This document shows, piece by piece, positions 33,098-35,185 of a stretch of DNA of 35,185 nt (position 1 is its first letter; each line of letters opens with the position of its first letter). Position numbers and translations under genes: made by a program. The notes below the pieces were generated by a model. That model ran no database searches. It was not told the DNA's origin and worked only from the letters and a program-made list of their open reading frames with translations. The DNA is taken from NCBI GenBank assembly GCA_001600815.1, contig BCKZ01000027.1:124615-159799 (forward strand), in the 5' to 3' direction. Origin of the DNA: Alloascoidea hylecoeti (taxonomy: Eukaryota).

Positions 33098-34257
33098 AGG
33101 GTTGGCCCATTGCAACTGACATCGGATGAACCGATCACCCCAAAGCAAGTGTTAGCAAACCAAAATCACCCATAAATATGGCTTCACTAGATATGTTGAA
33201 CAGATAAACTACATATCCTAATAGATTCTACTGAAAATTTCTGGCGCGTTGTTTTGTTTCCAATTCCAAGTTGGAGAGCTTTTTCACCCTGGTTTTATGG
33301 TATACATCTGTTCTTCAAGAAATTTTACCTCTTACCTGCATATCACTAACTACTGAGTTTTCTCCTGGGCTGTTTGTCTTCCCTTTTTTACCCTTGCTTA
33401 ATTGTTCCATTTTCTTTTCAAATAGCTCTGAGTGTTTGATTGTGGTAATTGAACTGATTGCTGCTTGTTCCATAAGAATTAGACATCTAGCATGGGTCTC
33501 CGCATATTGTGGGTTCTTAGCCATTTTCGTCGCTAGAAGACCTAGTTTCCTATAAAATTCTCTCACAGCATCTTTATTGGAAAATCCCTTTTCAAATTCT
33601 TCATCAAGCCTAAGCAGATTGTCTTTTGGTGGTGGTGTATCTCTCTTACTACTAATAAACCGATATGTATTTAAACCCTTCATATTTTTGAAAGAAATCC
33701 TCGGATTCCTCTTGAGAAAACCAACCACCCAATTAGTACTCACATAATGGCCAGTGAGGGGGTTCTTGGTTGGTTTTTTGGTGGTTGCTACAGGGTTCCC
33801 TTCATCTCCTGGATATCTTTGGTCAATCATCTCATCCACTAAACAATAAAGCTGTTCTTTGTTGACTGGCGCCCCCGTCTTTGCTTGGTAAAGTAGCACA
33901 TTAGTTAGCCGATTCTCATCAGCGTTTGTCAAAGTTTGATATACCTCATTAGCTGCTGATGCGGATCGTCCACCTTTTATTCGAACAGCAAGAGTTGAAT
34001 GGGCCAACCCAGCATCCTTTGCAATCTGTCTGATTGACGTATTGGGCTCAAGACGCCTTCTTGCCATGGCTTTCAGTATCCTAGCTTCCTTGTCTCTTGA
34101 TGCAAGTGCTTTGAGAGACTCTTTGGATTTAGTTATCTTTGGTGGATGGGGAGATTTTTTGGATTTTGCCATTGTTGGTGGTTATAGTGGTAAACATGAA
34201 AACGGGTAGACGTGGTGGTCGAGTTCTCCGATGTGTCCCGTTCTAATGGGCCACTTT
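33098..34257 (-). mobile_element. ~1.16-kb internally deleted pogo-like element B with decayed TIRs
   Basis: AGGGTTGGCCCATTGCAACTGACATCGGA (33098-33126) ... TCCGATGTGTCCCGTTCTAATGGGCCAC (34227-34254). Confidence 0.7.
33315..34172 (-). CDS. Transposase-derived DNA-binding protein B, paralog of A, 285 aa
   Basis: SIRQIAKDAGLAHSTLAVRIKG; VSTNWVVGFLKRNP; DTPPPKDNLL...HSELFEKKMEQL; uninterrupted frame. Confidence 0.75.
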   Translation of the reverse strand: MAKSKKSPHPPKITKSKESLKALASRDKEARILKAMARRRLEPNTSIRQIAKDAGLAHSTLAVRIKGGRSASAANEVYQTLTNADENRLTNVLLYQAKTGAPVNKEQLYCLVDEMIDQRYPGDEGNPVATTKKPTKNPLTGHYVSTNWVVGFLKRNPRISFKNMKGLNTYRFISSKRDTPPPKDNLLRLDEEFEKGFSNKDAVREFYRKLGLLATKMAKNPQYAETHARCLILMEQAAISSITTIKHSELFEKKMEQLSKGKKGKTNSPGENSVVSDMQVRGKIS

Positions 34258-35150
34258 CAAATATTTTAATATTAATAGTATTTAAAATAAAACAAATAAG
34301 TAGCGGCTTCTAAGTCTTCTTTTTTAATGATCTCAGATTTTAATTCCTACTTTTAATTCCTACTTTAACTTTCTTATTTCTTTTTTCCAGATAGTTTAAA
34401 GGTGTACGTACCAGTATTTCTGACCTGAAGTTAATAGGTTCCATAATTAAGGCTCATGATCCATCAAGTTATAGCTAAAGAAAACCGTTGAATTGATACA
34501 CATATCACACTAAAAAGATCTTTTGTTTATATAACCAGAAAAATAATCAAGAGAGAGCTTCTTTAAACATGTGTTGGAGATGTCAATTTCTTTGCTTTGA
34601 TTAATTAGTTGCAGGTTTATCATTATATTCATTCTAGTCCCCGAAAACTAAGTAACAGTGGAATTTCCCATAATATACCAGAATATAGTAATGAATATAC
34701 ACACATATATATATAAGCCTTATATGAAAATAAACATTCCAACTGATAAGGAAAAATTAAAGAAGGCATTGCAATAAGGACTTACGTATACGTATATATA
34801 CTATCGATATGTCAAACTTTAAAATCTGAATAGAAGCTAATATTAATGTTTACTCCCTAATGTATTTATCTATCTCTTTGATATAAGTAAGGTAGGACAC
34901 AGAACCTTATGGATAGACTGTAATTGAAGCTATTATCAGTATTCTGCTGCAAGACTAATATTGGTGTCGACATAAACTTATAATGGTTCAGCTATAGTTA
35001 CTGACTAACTTACAGTTTCAGTATTAAAGGAAGGATCGAAATTGTTAATTATAATTATTGCCAATTACTATACAATTTCAATAAACTATATGTATGAGAA
35101 GTAAATCAGAAAAACAGATTCTCAACAGTTCCACGAATTTATAATTTATA

Positions 35151-35170
35151 TTGGCCGAAATTTAGTCAAA
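35151..35170. repeat. Probable end of another copy of the 24.5-kb MITE-like family
   Basis: GGCCGAAATTTAGTCAAA vs GGCCGAAATTAAGTCGAA (reverse complement of 24519-24536). Confidence 0.4.
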
Positions 35171-35185
35171 GTTAGAAAAGTATTC

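Noticed and set aside
31122..33555. Plus-strand ORFs 31122-31547 and 33271-33555 and short ORFs 31422-31912
   Set aside because: Antisense shadows of the HTH genes or unsupported short ORFs

Overview
AT-rich, intron-containing budding-yeast (Saccharomycotina-like) nuclear DNA read with the standard genetic code (CTG falls at conserved Leu sites). The 5-17 kb core holds POR1 (VDAC), RPL33 (one intron), an intron-containing U3 snoRNA divergent from RPL33, a KES1/OSH4-type oxysterol-binding protein (one intron), tRNA-Ala(UGC), CYC3 (one intron) and a CCM1-like PPR protein (one intron). A G1-type cyclin lies at 22.5-23.9 kb. The rest is a transposon graveyard: a Ty1/copia relic, three Tc1-like relics, several pogo/Fot1 (DD35D) relics and a MITE-like element. 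The most interesting locus is a tandem pair of open ~285-codon ORFs (30.6-31.5 kb and 33.3-34.2 kb) derived from a pogo transposase. Both keep the psq/CENP-B-type DNA-binding domains and the C-terminal domain, but the DDE domain is deleted in frame at different junctions. They share flanking DNA outside their decayed TIRs, which makes them candidate domesticated or repressor-type genes. All alignments were made by eye.
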